Source: Terriglobia bacterium
GTDB taxonomy: Bacteria; Acidobacteriota; Polarisedimenticolia; Polarisedimenticolales; JAIQFR01
Length of the DNA: 64,000 bases
Reading direction: 5' to 3'
NCBI GenBank assembly: GCA_963748015.1
Contig: CAVVHE010000006.1
Location: 64,001 to 128,000 of the forward strand
The translations under genes and the position numbers were made by a program. Shown here piece by piece: positions 40,836 through 51,227 of this stretch (position 1 is its first letter; every line of letters starts with the position of its first letter). The notes beneath the pieces were generated by a model. That model was not told where the DNA came from, ran no database searches, and saw nothing but the letters and a program-made list of their open reading frames with translations.

Positions 40836-41930
40836 ATGACCGTCGGATCGGTTCGCGCCGCAGGAACGTTGATCCTGGCGCTCGGGGCGGTGGTCGCGTT
40901 CACCGGCTGCACCCACATCGGTCCCAAGACCATTCCCGTGGACCGCTTCGATTACAGCACGGCGGTCGCCGACTCGTGGAAGCAGCAGACGCTCCTGAAC
41001 ATCGTCAAGCTGCGCTACATGGACCTGCCGGTCTTCGTGGACGTGTCGTCCATCGTCAGCGGCTACTCGCTGCAGACCGGCGTGAACGTCGGCGGCACCG
41101 TCTCGTCCAAGGGCGCGTACCAGGGCGATTTCGTGACGGCGGGCGCGCAGGCGGTCTACACCGACCGGCCCACCATCACGTACACGCCGCTCACCGGCGA
41201 GAAGTTCCTGAAGGGCCTCCTGGCCCCGATCGATCCGAAGAACATCTTCTTCCTGCTGCAATCGGGCTATCCGGCGGATTTCATCCTGGCGCTGACCGTC
41301 GAGTCGCTCAACGGCGTTCGCAATCGTTCGAGCGGGGGCGGCGGCATCTTGCGCGAGGCGGACCCCGATTTCCTGCGCGCGCTGCAGCTGCTGCGCGAGC
41401 TGCAGGCCGCCGGCGCGGTCGGGATGCGCGTGGAGGAGGACAAGGCGAAGGGCTCGACCGGCGTGGTGTTCTTCCGGCGCGACGACGTGCCCGCCGACGT
41501 CGCGGAGAAGGCCGGGGAAGTCCGGCGGCTGCTCAGGCTCCCCCCCGAACAGCAGAGGTTCAACCTCGTCTACTCGCCGGCGCGCGGGGCGGAGAACGAG
41601 CTGGCCGTCAACAGCCGCTCGATGCTCCAGATCATGGGGGCGTTCTCGAGCTACATGGAGGTGCCGGAGGAGCACCTGAAGGACAACAGCGCCTTGCCCG
41701 TCCTGAAGGGCGACTCCACGGAGGCCCGGCAGGAAGTGGCGAGGATTCACAGCGGCAAGGACAAGCCCGAGGGCTCGTTCGCGGCCGTGAAGTATCGAGG
41801 CTACTGGTTCTGGATCGACGAGGGCGACTGGAAGACGAAGCGGGCGCTGACGGCGGTCATGTTCTTCTTCACGCTCGCGGAGACCGGCGGCAACGAGCGG
41901 CTGCCGTTGATCACGATCCCTGCGCAATGA
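40836..41930 (+). CDS. Conserved hypothetical lipoprotein, copy 1
   Basis: GGAGG RBS, lipobox FTGC, DRFDY..QTLLNIVKLRY, DRPTITYTP, YRGYWFWID; paralog at 50077. Confidence 0.88.
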   Translation: MTVGSVRAAGTLILALGAVVAFTGCTHIGPKTIPVDRFDYSTAVADSWKQQTLLNIVKLRYMDLPVFVDVSSIVSGYSLQTGVNVGGTVSSKGAYQGDFVTAGAQAVYTDRPTITYTPLTGEKFLKGLLAPIDPKNIFFLLQSGYPADFILALTVESLNGVRNRSSGGGGILREADPDFLRALQLLRELQAAGAVGMRVEEDKAKGSTGVVFFRRDDVPADVAEKAGEVRRLLRLPPEQQRFNLVYSPARGAENELAVNSRSMLQIMGAFSSYMEVPEEHLKDNSALPVLKGDSTEARQEVARIHSGKDKPEGSFAAVKYRGYWFWIDEGDWKTKRALTAVMFFFTLAETGGNERLPLITIPAQ

Positions 41931-41985
41931 AGCTCCTCGAGATCTCGGGGAGGCAGGGTTGAAGCGTCGGACGAGGAGGACGGAA

Positions 41986-44442
41986 ATGAGACGAGCGAAG
42001 ATCCTGTGCGCGACAGCGCTGGTGGCCATCGTGGCGGGCGCGTGGGGGCTCCAGGCCGCGAAGGAGCCGGCGGCTCCCGCGGGACCGGCCAAGGCCGGCG
42101 CGCTCGACCGCACGGTGCTGCCGATCCCGGAGCCGAGCTACCCGCCGATCACGGAGCTCGACGCCCGCAACGCGACGCCCCCGCCTCGCTTCGAGGTGAG
42201 AGCACCCGACGGCGCGCCGAACGTCCTCATCGTCCTCGTCGACGACATGGGCTTCGGCATGCCCAGCGCGTTCGGCGGGCCGATCCACATGCCGACCGCC
42301 GACCGGCTGGCCAGCGAGGGGCTGCGCTACAACCAGTTCCACACGACGGCGCTCTGCTCGCCGACGCGCACGGCTCTGCTGTCCGGCCGCAACCACCACA
42401 TGAACAACATGGGATCGATCACGGAGACGGCCACCGCGTTCCCGGGCAACACGGGGCAGCGCCCGGCCAACGTGGCGCCACTCGCCGAGATGCTGCGGCT
42501 GAACGGCTACAGCACCGGCTTCTTCGGCAAGAACCACGAGACCGCGCCGTGGGAGGCCAGCCCCTCCGGCCCGACCGACCGCTGGCCGACGCGATCCGGC
42601 TTCGACGAGTTCTACGGCTTCTTCGGCGGCGAGACCAACCAGTGGGCCCCGTATCTCTACCACGGCATGAACCCGGTCGAGATCCCGCGGGACCCGAACT
42701 ACAACTTCATGACCGACATGACGGACAAGGCGATCGGCTGGATGCAGTTCCAGAAGGCGCTGACGCCGGACAAGCCGTTCTTCATGTACTTCGCGCCGGG
42801 CGCGACCCACGCCCCGCACCACGTGCCGAAGGCCTGGATCGCCAAATACAGGGGGAAGTTCGACAAGGGGTGGGACGCGATGCGGGAAGAGGTCCTCGCG
42901 CGCCAGATCAAGCTCGGCGTGGTGCCGCCGGGGACGAAGCTCGCCCCGAAGCCCGAGGCGATCAAGGACTGGAACAAGCTGACCGCCGACGAGAAGAAGC
43001 TCTTCACCCGCCAGATGGAGATCTACGCGGGCTTCGGAGAGTACGCCGACAACGAGATCGGCCGCCTGATCGACGCCATCAAGGACACCGGCCAGCTCGA
43101 CAACACGCTGGTGTTCTACATCCTCGGCGACAACGGCACGAGCGCCGAGGGGGGCATGAACGGCATGTTCAGCGAGATGACGTACTTCAACGGGGTGCAG
43201 GAGACGGTCCAGGACATCCTGAAGCACTACGACGAGCTGGGCGGGCCGATGTCGTATCCCCACATGGCGGCCGGCTGGGCGGTGGCGGGCGACACGCCGT
43301 TCTCGTGGACGAAGCAGGTGGCGTCGAACTTCGGCGGAACGCGGAACGGGATGGTGATCCACTGGCCGAAGCGGGTCAAGGCGAAGGGCGAGGTGCGCTC
43401 GCAGTTCCACCACGTCATCGACGTGGCGCCCACCGTGCTGGAAGCCGCCGGCCTGCCCGAGCCGAAGTCGGTGAACGGCACGCCCCAGGAGCCGATCGAA
43501 GGCGTGAGCATGGCGTACACCTTCGACGATGCGAAGGCCGTGGACCGGCACAAGATCCAGTACTTCGAGATCTTCGGCAACCGCGCCATCTACGCCGACG
43601 GGTGGTTCGCCGGCACGATCCACAGAGCGCCCTGGGAGCCGAAGCCCCGCGCGGCGCTCATCGACGACAAGTGGGAGCTGTACGACACGCGCAGCGACTT
43701 CAGCCTCGCGAACGACCTGGCCGCCAAGAACCCGGCGAAGCTCAAGGACCTGCAGGACTTGTTCATGAAGGAGGCCGTGAAAAACAAGGTCTTGCCGATC
43801 GACGATCGCTTTCTCGAGCGCATCAACGCGAAGTTGGTCGGCCGGCCGGACCTCATGGGCGACCGCGCGTCGCTCACGCTGCACGCGGGCATGAAGGGCA
43901 TGTCGGAGAACGTGTTCCTCAACATCAAGAACCGCTCGCTCACGATCACCGCCGACCTCGAGATCCCGCAGGGCGGCGCCAACGGCGTGATCATCGCGCA
44001 GGGCGGCCGGTTCGGAGGGTGGAGCCTCTACTTCAAGGGCGGCAAGCCGACCTACGTCTACAACTTCCTCGGGCTCCAGCGATTCACGGTCGCCGCGCCG
44101 CAGCCCATTCCCGGGGGCAAGGCGAGGGTCCGGTTCGACTTCGCCTACGACGGGGGCGGCCTCGCCAAGGGCGGCCTCGGCGCGATCTACGTGAACGACA
44201 AGAAGGTCGCCGAGGGGCGGATCGAGCGCACGCAGCCGATGATCTTCTCCGCCGACGAGACGGCCGACGTGGGCGAGGACGACGCCACGCCGGTGACGGA
44301 GGACTACAAGGCCTACGACAACAAGTTCACCGGCAAGATCCTCAAGGTCGTCGTGGACGTGAAGCCGATGGGGGCGGGGGAGAAGGCCGCCGCGAGCAAG
44401 GCCGGCGCGGAGGCCTCGGCGAAGCTGGAAGCGGCGAAGTGA
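41986..44442 (+). CDS. Arylsulfatase (Cys-type) with C-terminal LamG-like domain
   Basis: PNVLIVLVDD, CSPTRTALLSGR, GKNH, HAPH, GDNG; GAGGAGG RBS; signal peptide. Confidence 0.96.
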   Translation: MRRAKILCATALVAIVAGAWGLQAAKEPAAPAGPAKAGALDRTVLPIPEPSYPPITELDARNATPPPRFEVRAPDGAPNVLIVLVDDMGFGMPSAFGGPIHMPTADRLASEGLRYNQFHTTALCSPTRTALLSGRNHHMNNMGSITETATAFPGNTGQRPANVAPLAEMLRLNGYSTGFFGKNHETAPWEASPSGPTDRWPTRSGFDEFYGFFGGETNQWAPYLYHGMNPVEIPRDPNYNFMTDMTDKAIGWMQFQKALTPDKPFFMYFAPGATHAPHHVPKAWIAKYRGKFDKGWDAMREEVLARQIKLGVVPPGTKLAPKPEAIKDWNKLTADEKKLFTRQMEIYAGFGEYADNEIGRLIDAIKDTGQLDNTLVFYILGDNGTSAEGGMNGMFSEMTYFNGVQETVQDILKHYDELGGPMSYPHMAAGWAVAGDTPFSWTKQVASNFGGTRNGMVIHWPKRVKAKGEVRSQFHHVIDVAPTVLEAAGLPEPKSVNGTPQEPIEGVSMAYTFDDAKAVDRHKIQYFEIFGNRAIYADGWFAGTIHRAPWEPKPRAALIDDKWELYDTRSDFSLANDLAAKNPAKLKDLQDLFMKEAVKNKVLPIDDRFLERINAKLVGRPDLMGDRASLTLHAGMKGMSENVFLNIKNRSLTITADLEIPQGGANGVIIAQGGRFGGWSLYFKGGKPTYVYNFLGLQRFTVAAPQPIPGGKARVRFDFAYDGGGLAKGGLGAIYVNDKKVAEGRIERTQPMIFSADETADVGEDDATPVTEDYKAYDNKFTGKILKVVVDVKPMGAGEKAAASKAGAEASAKLEAAK

Positions 44443-44560
44443 TCACGCGGTAAGCGCCCGGCGTGATGCGCGCGATCGGGACAGGCAGGATCGAGGTGCC
44501 GAGGAATGGCGGGGCCCGACCGCCCTCGACCGGCGGGGTCCTCGGGATACGGCTCGTGGC

Positions 44561-45574
44561 CTACCGCTGCGTGCCGGCCGCCGTGCGTCGAAGGGTCGCC
44601 GACGGCAGCTCGCCAAAGCAGGCCCTGTAGGCGCGGGAAAACTCGCCGAAGTGCCAGAAGCCCTGGTTGAGCGCTTCGGCCGAGACCGTGGTCGATGCTC
44701 GAGTCGCTGACTGCAGCGCTTTGCGCACCCGGTGGAGCCTGACCCGGGTCAGGTACGCCGTCGGGGTCATTCCCATGATCGTCTTGAAGGCGTACTCCAG
44801 GGAGCGCTCGCCCACCCCCGTGGCCCGGCAGAGATCCGTCAGGTAGAGACGATCTCCGGCGTACGCCATGGCGTAGTCCTCGGCGATCTTGACGATACGA
44901 CTCTGGGCCAGACGCGTGCGGTCGCTTCGGGGCGGCTGGAAGTCCGTCGCCGCGCCGAGGGTCGTCAGAAGCGTCTCCAGAAGCTCCACCTGAGCCGCGA
45001 CACGTGTTTCCCTCCGATCGTTGAACAAATCCGGCCGCCGGGTGGCGGTGTCGACCAGGCGCTTTCCCCACTCGAAGAAACGCTGCACCGAGGCGGCGTC
45101 CCGGTGCAGTATCTCCGCGCCGTGCGGCATGCGAAAGGCGTCCTCCCGCTGCCGGCCGCGGAGGTGAGCCTCGATTTCGTCCGGCTCGAGAAGAGCGAAG
45201 ACGCTCTCGTAGCCTCGTTCGGCGACGAAGATGACCTCGGTTCCGGGCTCGACGGCCAGCATCGTGCCGGACCGTATCGGCAGACCGTTCACCGAGCCCT
45301 CGGCGCGAGGGCCGCAGACGCCGTACGCCACGAGCTCGCGGTTGACCGAAGTCCGCGCACGGACTCGAAGGTTCGTCCGATGGAACACGACCAGGCTGCC
45401 CTCGAGGCGAACGGTGACGCGCCTCGCCCGCAGGCGCCGCGATTCCAGCTTCACCACGTCCCGCTCGATACCCTCGATCGTCTCGTCGGCGGTCGTGGGA
45501 TCGGTGAGCTCGACGACCGTCACCGCGGGGGGCGCTCCGGATTGGGGCGTTGACAGGCGGCCGGTCATCGTCAT
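44561..45574 (-). CDS. AraC-family (EutR-like) regulator
   Basis: DLCRATGVGERSLEYAF..GMTPTAY..RLHRVR, GFWHFGEFS..Y..FGELPS; start uncertain. Confidence 0.9.
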   Translation of the reverse strand: MTMTGRLSTPQSGAPPAVTVVELTDPTTADETIEGIERDVVKLESRRLRARRVTVRLEGSLVVFHRTNLRVRARTSVNRELVAYGVCGPRAEGSVNGLPIRSGTMLAVEPGTEVIFVAERGYESVFALLEPDEIEAHLRGRQREDAFRMPHGAEILHRDAASVQRFFEWGKRLVDTATRRPDLFNDRRETRVAAQVELLETLLTTLGAATDFQPPRSDRTRLAQSRIVKIAEDYAMAYAGDRLYLTDLCRATGVGERSLEYAFKTIMGMTPTAYLTRVRLHRVRKALQSATRASTTVSAEALNQGFWHFGEFSRAYRACFGELPSATLRRTAAGTQR

Positions 45575-45738
45575 AAGGTTTTGCGGAATTCCGATAGACC
45601 GTCCCGTCCGTCCGAGTCCACACTCCGGGCGGACAGGCTGTAGCCCGCAGACGTTGAGAAACGCGGAAGGACTGGCATGCCTGCTCCAAATTGTACCAGT
45701 ACTCACGACCGGCGGCCCACGGGCAAGGAGAGAACCGC

Positions 45739-46521
45739 ATGAAAGTCGCCACCTGGTCCACCGTACTGCTCCTGGTCCTGGGCGTGGGAGCCGCCCCGGC
45801 GCAGCCGTCCGCGCCCGGTTCGCCGCCGCCGGCCGCCGCCGCGGCGACGGCGAAGGACCCTTCCGCCATGGCGCTCCTGAAGCGGATGTGCGACCGCCTG
45901 CAAGCGGCCAGGACCTTCACCGTCCGGGGCGAGAACTCGCTGGAGCTGCCCGTGACCGGCGGGGAGCTAGCCACGTTCTTCACCGAGTACGACATCGCAG
46001 TGCGGCGCCCGGACGGCCTGGCCGCGCACCGGGTCGGCGACCTACCCGACTTCCGCTTCGCCTACGACGGGAAGGCCATGACGGTGCTGGTGCCGAGTAA
46101 GAAGCTATGGGGCTCCACGAGCGCCCCCGCCACCCTCGATGCCATGCTCCGCGCGGCGGGGGAGCAAGGGGGCCTCAACATGCCCTTCGACGAGTTGCTG
46201 GTCGCTGACCCCTATGCCGCCATCACTGCGGGGGTCACCGAGGTCGTGAAGGCCGGGCAGGCCACGATCCGGGGCAAGAAGGTCGAGCACCTCGTGCTGT
46301 CGAGCCCGGAGCTCCATCTGGAGTACTGGATCGATCCGGGCGCGGCGCTGCCCGCGCGCGCTCTCGTGGTCTACGTCGATCATCCGCTGCGGCCCCACTT
46401 CCTGGTGGAGTTCACCGAGTGGAAGCTCGACCCGAAGCTGCCGGAATCCACCTTCACCCTGTCCAAGCCCCAAGGGGGCGCCGAGGTCAGCTTCCGCGAC
46501 GCCGCCGACTCGTTCCGCTAA
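45739..46521 (+). CDS. DUF2092-like periplasmic protein (LolA-like fold suspected)
   Basis: AAGGAG RBS, signal peptide, VRRPDGL, YDGK, APATLD, DPY, WIDPG..LP. Confidence 0.8.
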   Translation: MKVATWSTVLLLVLGVGAAPAQPSAPGSPPPAAAAATAKDPSAMALLKRMCDRLQAARTFTVRGENSLELPVTGGELATFFTEYDIAVRRPDGLAAHRVGDLPDFRFAYDGKAMTVLVPSKKLWGSTSAPATLDAMLRAAGEQGGLNMPFDELLVADPYAAITAGVTEVVKAGQATIRGKKVEHLVLSSPELHLEYWIDPGAALPARALVVYVDHPLRPHFLVEFTEWKLDPKLPESTFTLSKPQGGAEVSFRDAADSFR

Positions 46522-46532
46522 AGGAGCCACGC

Positions 46533-46901
46533 ATGCGTGCCAGACCTCTCGTCGTCGCCGGCCTCCTGGTCGCCCTGGCCGTCCCCGGCACCGCTTCGGC
46601 GATCGTTGTCGTCCGTCACCCGGTCTACCACCCCGTTGCCGTCATCGCGACGGTCGCGGTGGTTGCGGCGGTGGTGTCCAAGCCGCCGGCAACCCCACAT
46701 CCGCCGCCGACCGCCCCGCCGCCGCCGCCGGTGACCACCCCCCTGCCCATGGACTCCACGATGTGGGTGCTGCCGTCGGGCTGCCTGAAGATCTCGGTGA
46801 AGGGCGAACCCCTCTACCAGTGCGGGCCCAGCTGGCTGAAGCAGCAGCAGTGCGACCAGGGACCCTACTACCAGGTGGTGCCTCCGCCGACGGGCCCGTG
46901 A
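46533..46901 (+). CDS. Small secreted Pro-rich protein
   Basis: AAGGAG RBS; signal peptide; LPSGC..GEPLYQCG..W..YQVVPPP. Confidence 0.75.
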   Translation: MRARPLVVAGLLVALAVPGTASAIVVVRHPVYHPVAVIATVAVVAAVVSKPPATPHPPPTAPPPPPVTTPLPMDSTMWVLPSGCLKISVKGEPLYQCGPSWLKQQQCDQGPYYQVVPPPTGP

Positions 46902-47040
46902 GATGTCGTCAGGCGCGAAGCGCGTAACAAAAAAACGCGCCGTCGGGTGCGGCGACACGATACGATTCGACCTGCAAGGTGACGAGGACGCGGGGAATCG
47001 AGGAGGAGTTCCGATGAGCCGACGGGCAGGGGAGTGGAAC

Positions 47041-48882
47041 ATGGAGACTGCGCTGCAGAGCTCGAATCGCGCCGGACTCAGGAAGACAGGCACCCCCAGC
47101 TGGTTGCCGAGATCGCTCGCCATCGGCGTCGTCGCGGCGCTCGCCGCGTCCGCCTTCGCCCATGCGGCCGATACCCCGCGCCGGCCGAACATCGTCATCA
47201 TTCTTGGCGACGATCTGGGCTTCGCCGACATGGGCTCGTTCGGCAGCGAGATCCGGACGCCGAACCTCGACTCCCTGGCCAAGGGTGGCGTGAGGTTCAC
47301 GAACTTCTACACGCACGCGAGCTGTTCGCCCACCCGGTCGATGCTCCTCTCGGGCGTGGACACGCACCTCAACGGCCTCGGCAACATGAGCGAGTTTACG
47401 GCGCCGAACCAGATGGGCCTGGACGGCTACGAGGGCTACCTCAACGACCGCGTCGCCACGCTGCCGCAGCTGCTCAAGGACGCGGGCTACCACACCTACA
47501 TGGTCGGCAAGTGGCACATGGGGAAGGAGCCGACCCAGATCCCGGCCGCGCGCGGCTTCGAGCGCGACTTCACGCTGCTCGACGGGATGGGCAGCTACTG
47601 GGACGACTCTAACTTCGCGGCCGCCACCCCCAAGTCGCTCTACACCGAGGACGGGCGCTACCTGAAGCGCCTGCCGAAGGACTTCTACGCGACGAAGACC
47701 TACACCGACAAGATGATCTCCTACATCGACGCCAACCACGGCGACGGCAAGCCGTTCTTCGCCTACGTCTCGCACCAGGCGCCGCACGAGCCGTACCACC
47801 TGCCGAAGGAGTGGCGCAACCGCCACGTCGGCGAGTACGACAAGGGCTGGGACGCCCTGCGTCAGGAGCGGCTGAAGCGGCAGATCGAGATGGGCATCGT
47901 GCCGGCCGGCACCGGGCTCGCCGAACGGATGTGGTTCGTGCCCGATTCCACCCTGCTGGCCCCGGCCGCTCGCGCGGTCATGGGGAAGAAGATGGAGATC
48001 TACGCCGGGCTGGTCGAGAACCTGGACTACCACGTCGGACGGCTCATCGACCATCTCAAGAAGATCGGCGAGTACGACAACACGATCTTCATCGTCTTCG
48101 GCGACAACGGCGCCGAGGGCAACGACCTCTACGGATTGATCGCCGGCTCGCCCGGCTCACGCGACTACCTCTTCGCCGCCACGCGCTGGTCGCAGAACAA
48201 TCCCAACGCGTGGGGCGACCCGGGCTCCTGGCTCGCCTACGGGCCCGCCTGGGCACAGGTCTCCATGACGCCCTTCAGCCAGTACAAAGCCTGGGTTGCG
48301 GAGGGCGGCATCCGGAACGCGCTCATCGTGAGCGGACCCGGGGTCAAGCGCCCCGCGGGGAGCATCAACACCCAGGGGCTGATGCACGTCGCCGACATCA
48401 TGCCGACGCTCCTCGAGGTGGCCGGCGCGAGCTATCCGAAGACGTACAAGGGGAAGGACTTGCCGCCGGCCCTGGGCAAGTCCTGGGTCACGGTGCTGGA
48501 GGGCCGGGCCGAGTCGCCGCGGACGGACCAGGACGTCCTCGCCTGGGAGGTCTTCGGCAACCGCGCCGTCCGGCAGGGGAGCTGGAAGCTGCGCTGGGAG
48601 TGGAGGCCCTTGGGAAGGGGCGACTGGGAGCTCTTCGACCTCGCGGCGGATCCCGCCGAGCTGAAGGACCTCGCGGCGGAGCACCCCGACAAGCTGAAGG
48701 AGATGGTGGCGCTCTGGGACGACTTCGCCCGGAGGAACAACGTGGTCCTGCCCAACCGCTCGCCCCACGAGGCCCTCGAGAAGGCGCTCCCGCAGCGCGT
48801 CCCGGTCCAGGCCGGCTACCCACCGGTCAACCTGAAGCGCCAGTACGTCCCGCCCGCGGACATGATGGCCGATCCGAAATAG
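47041..48882 (+). CDS. Arylsulfatase (Cys-type, AtsA-like)
   Basis: PNIVIILGDD, CSPTRSMLLSG, GKWH, APH, GDNG; signal peptide; start uncertain (47014-47041). Confidence 0.95.
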   Translation: METALQSSNRAGLRKTGTPSWLPRSLAIGVVAALAASAFAHAADTPRRPNIVIILGDDLGFADMGSFGSEIRTPNLDSLAKGGVRFTNFYTHASCSPTRSMLLSGVDTHLNGLGNMSEFTAPNQMGLDGYEGYLNDRVATLPQLLKDAGYHTYMVGKWHMGKEPTQIPAARGFERDFTLLDGMGSYWDDSNFAAATPKSLYTEDGRYLKRLPKDFYATKTYTDKMISYIDANHGDGKPFFAYVSHQAPHEPYHLPKEWRNRHVGEYDKGWDALRQERLKRQIEMGIVPAGTGLAERMWFVPDSTLLAPAARAVMGKKMEIYAGLVENLDYHVGRLIDHLKKIGEYDNTIFIVFGDNGAEGNDLYGLIAGSPGSRDYLFAATRWSQNNPNAWGDPGSWLAYGPAWAQVSMTPFSQYKAWVAEGGIRNALIVSGPGVKRPAGSINTQGLMHVADIMPTLLEVAGASYPKTYKGKDLPPALGKSWVTVLEGRAESPRTDQDVLAWEVFGNRAVRQGSWKLRWEWRPLGRGDWELFDLAADPAELKDLAAEHPDKLKEMVALWDDFARRNNVVLPNRSPHEALEKALPQRVPVQAGYPPVNLKRQYVPPADMMADPK

Positions 48883-48925
48883 CGAGCGCTGAACCTCCCC
48901 GCAATTCCGCGAAGGAGCCGATGTC

Positions 48926-49921
48926 ATGAACGACGAGAGCAGTTCGAGGAGAAGGGTCGTGCGACTGTCGCTCACCGCGGCGGCGGTGCTCGTTGTGGGC
49001 GCGCTCTGCTCGCCGGCAACGTGGGCCCAGCCGCGGTTCTACTGGAAGAGCCTCTCGGGCGCGAACGCCGTTCCGCTCATCGTCACGTCGTCGAGCGGCA
49101 ACTCGAACCCGTTCGACCCTTCGAACACCGTGACCCAGGGAGCGAACTTCGACGGTACCCTGGAGTTGGCGGGCTATGCGCGCACGTTTTCCCTGTTCGG
49201 CCGCGCGGCCATGGCCGCGGTCCTCTTGCCCATGGGGCGGATCTCGGGCCAGGTCGTCAGGAACGGCGAGACGATCGGCCAGGCGACCAGCGGGTTCGGC
49301 GACCCGATGTTCGAGTTCAACATCAACGTGCTCGGCCCGCCGGCGCAGAAGAACCTGGTCGACGCCTTCCGGTACGAGCCGAAGTTCTCTCTCGACCTGA
49401 TCGCCGACCTGGCGGTGCCGATCGGCGAGTACGACAGCAGCCAGGCCCTGAATATCGGCCAGAATCGGTGGTACGGGCGCCTGGGCGCCCCGATCATCTG
49501 GCAGCTCGGCCCGTGGGTGCCCGGCCGTCGCACGACCCTGGAGTTCCTGCCCGCCGTGTGGCTCCTCGGAGCCAACAACGACTATGACGGCGGCAAGTCG
49601 CTCACGACCGATCCGGTGCTCCAGGTGGACGGGCATCTGACGCGCGACTTCGCCGAGCGCCTCTGGGGGTCGCTCGACGGCGTCTGGTACAAGGGCGGCC
49701 AGTCGAGCATCGACGGCGTGGAGGGTGACGAGCTCGACAACCTGGCATTCGGCATCACGCTCGGGTACCAGCTCAACGAGAACATGACCCTCATGTTCGG
49801 GTACAAGTCGACGGTCAACGACAGCAATCCTGCGGACCTTCGCATGGACGGGTTCACGATCACGCTCGTGTCGGGGTGGCACCCGCTCGTCGAGGGAGCG
49901 CGGCGGCTGAAAGAAGAGTAG
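48926..49921 (+). CDS. Outer-membrane transporter (MetA-pathway-of-phenol-degradation/SphA-like)
   Basis: Signal peptide, SGFGDP, PIGEYD..LNIG.NRW, amphipathic beta strands. Confidence 0.82.
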   Translation: MNDESSSRRRVVRLSLTAAAVLVVGALCSPATWAQPRFYWKSLSGANAVPLIVTSSSGNSNPFDPSNTVTQGANFDGTLELAGYARTFSLFGRAAMAAVLLPMGRISGQVVRNGETIGQATSGFGDPMFEFNINVLGPPAQKNLVDAFRYEPKFSLDLIADLAVPIGEYDSSQALNIGQNRWYGRLGAPIIWQLGPWVPGRRTTLEFLPAVWLLGANNDYDGGKSLTTDPVLQVDGHLTRDFAERLWGSLDGVWYKGGQSSIDGVEGDELDNLAFGITLGYQLNENMTLMFGYKSTVNDSNPADLRMDGFTITLVSGWHPLVEGARRLKEE

Positions 49922-50076
49922 GGGCCCGTCGCCCTTCTCGCCGGGTCGGGGCTCGCTCCTGGCCCAGGCAACCGGTCTCGCGGAGAGCGTCGCGGTCGGC
50001 AGGCGCGAAACCCGGACCAACGCCGACACGGGCGCCGCGTCCGTTGGCCGGGCTGCGCGGGAGGGAACCTCGCTCG

Positions 50077-51204
50077 ATGGGACCGAGACGGTTCAGCGAC
50101 AGTCGCTCCGCGGCGGCCGATCGTCCGGGGCGCGCTTCAACGACACGGGTTCTCCTGCTCGGGGCGATGGTGGCGTTCGCCGGCTGCACTCACATCGGTC
50201 CCAGGACCATTCCCGTGGACCGCTTCGACTACAGCACGGCGGTCGCCGACTCGTGGAAGCAGCAGACGCTCCTGAACATCGTCAAGATGCGCTACATGGA
50301 CCTGCCGGTGTTCGTGGACGTGTCGTCCATCGTCAGCGGCTACTCGCTGCAGACCGGCGTGAACGTGGGCGGCACCGTATCGTCCGAAAAGGCGATCCAG
50401 GGCAACTTCGCAGCCGTAGGCGCGCAAGCGGTCTACACCGACCGGCCCACCATCACGTACACGCCGCTCACCGGCGAGAAGTTCCTGAAGGGCCTTCTGG
50501 CACCGATCGACCCGAAGAACATCTTCTTCCTGATGCAGTCGGGTTACCCGGCCGATTTCATCCTGGCGCTGACCGTCGAGTCGCTCAACGGCGTCCGCAA
50601 TCGGTCGGCGGGGGCTGGCGCGATGCGGGAGGCCGACCCGGATTTCAGCCGCGCGCTGCAGCTGTTGCGCGAGGTGCAGGCCGCCGGAGCGGTCGGGATG
50701 CGCGTGGAGGAGGACAAGGCGAAGGGCTCGACCGGCGTGGTGTTCTTCCGGCGCGACGACGTGCCCGCCGACGTCGTGGAGAAGGCCGCGGAAGTCCGGC
50801 GATTGCTCAAGCTCCCCCCCGACCAGCAGAGGTTCAGCCTCATCTATTCGCCGGCGCGCGGGGCGGAGAACGAGCTGGCCGTCAACAGCCGATCGATGCT
50901 CCAGATCATGGGGGCGTTCTCGAGCTACATCGACGTGCCGGAGGAGCACCTGAAGGACAACAGCGCCGTGCCTGCCTTCGAGCACACCGCCGCGGAGACC
51001 CGGCAGGACGTGGCGCGGATTCGCAGCGGCAAGGACAGGCCCGAGGCCTCGTTCGCGGCCGTGAGCTACCGCGGCTACTGGTTCTGGATCGACGACGGCG
51101 ACTGGAAGACGAAGCGCTTGCTGACGGCGGTCATGTTCTTCTTCACGCTTTCGGAGACCGGCGGCAACGAGAGGCTGCCGTTGATCACCATCCCGGCTCA
51201 GTAG
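50077..51204 (+). CDS. Conserved hypothetical lipoprotein, copy 2
   Basis: Lipobox FAGC; mature region nearly identical to 40836..41930; start uncertain. Confidence 0.86.
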   Translation: MGPRRFSDSRSAAADRPGRASTTRVLLLGAMVAFAGCTHIGPRTIPVDRFDYSTAVADSWKQQTLLNIVKMRYMDLPVFVDVSSIVSGYSLQTGVNVGGTVSSEKAIQGNFAAVGAQAVYTDRPTITYTPLTGEKFLKGLLAPIDPKNIFFLMQSGYPADFILALTVESLNGVRNRSAGAGAMREADPDFSRALQLLREVQAAGAVGMRVEEDKAKGSTGVVFFRRDDVPADVVEKAAEVRRLLKLPPDQQRFSLIYSPARGAENELAVNSRSMLQIMGAFSSYIDVPEEHLKDNSAVPAFEHTAAETRQDVARIRSGKDRPEASFAAVSYRGYWFWIDDGDWKTKRLLTAVMFFFTLSETGGNERLPLITIPAQ

Positions 51205-51227
51205 GCGTAGACCCGAGGCGCACCAAG

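Noticed and set aside
39063..41930. 955-aa ORF
   Set aside because: Only the part from 40836 is coding; the rest is antisense to 39417..40616
44512..44545. GC hairpin between convergent sulfatase and AraC genes as a terminator
   Set aside because: Imperfect stem with no U-tract on either strand; not supportable
45673..45688. TGGCATGCCTGCTCCA as a sigma54 promoter
   Set aside because: Has CC rather than the required GC at -12
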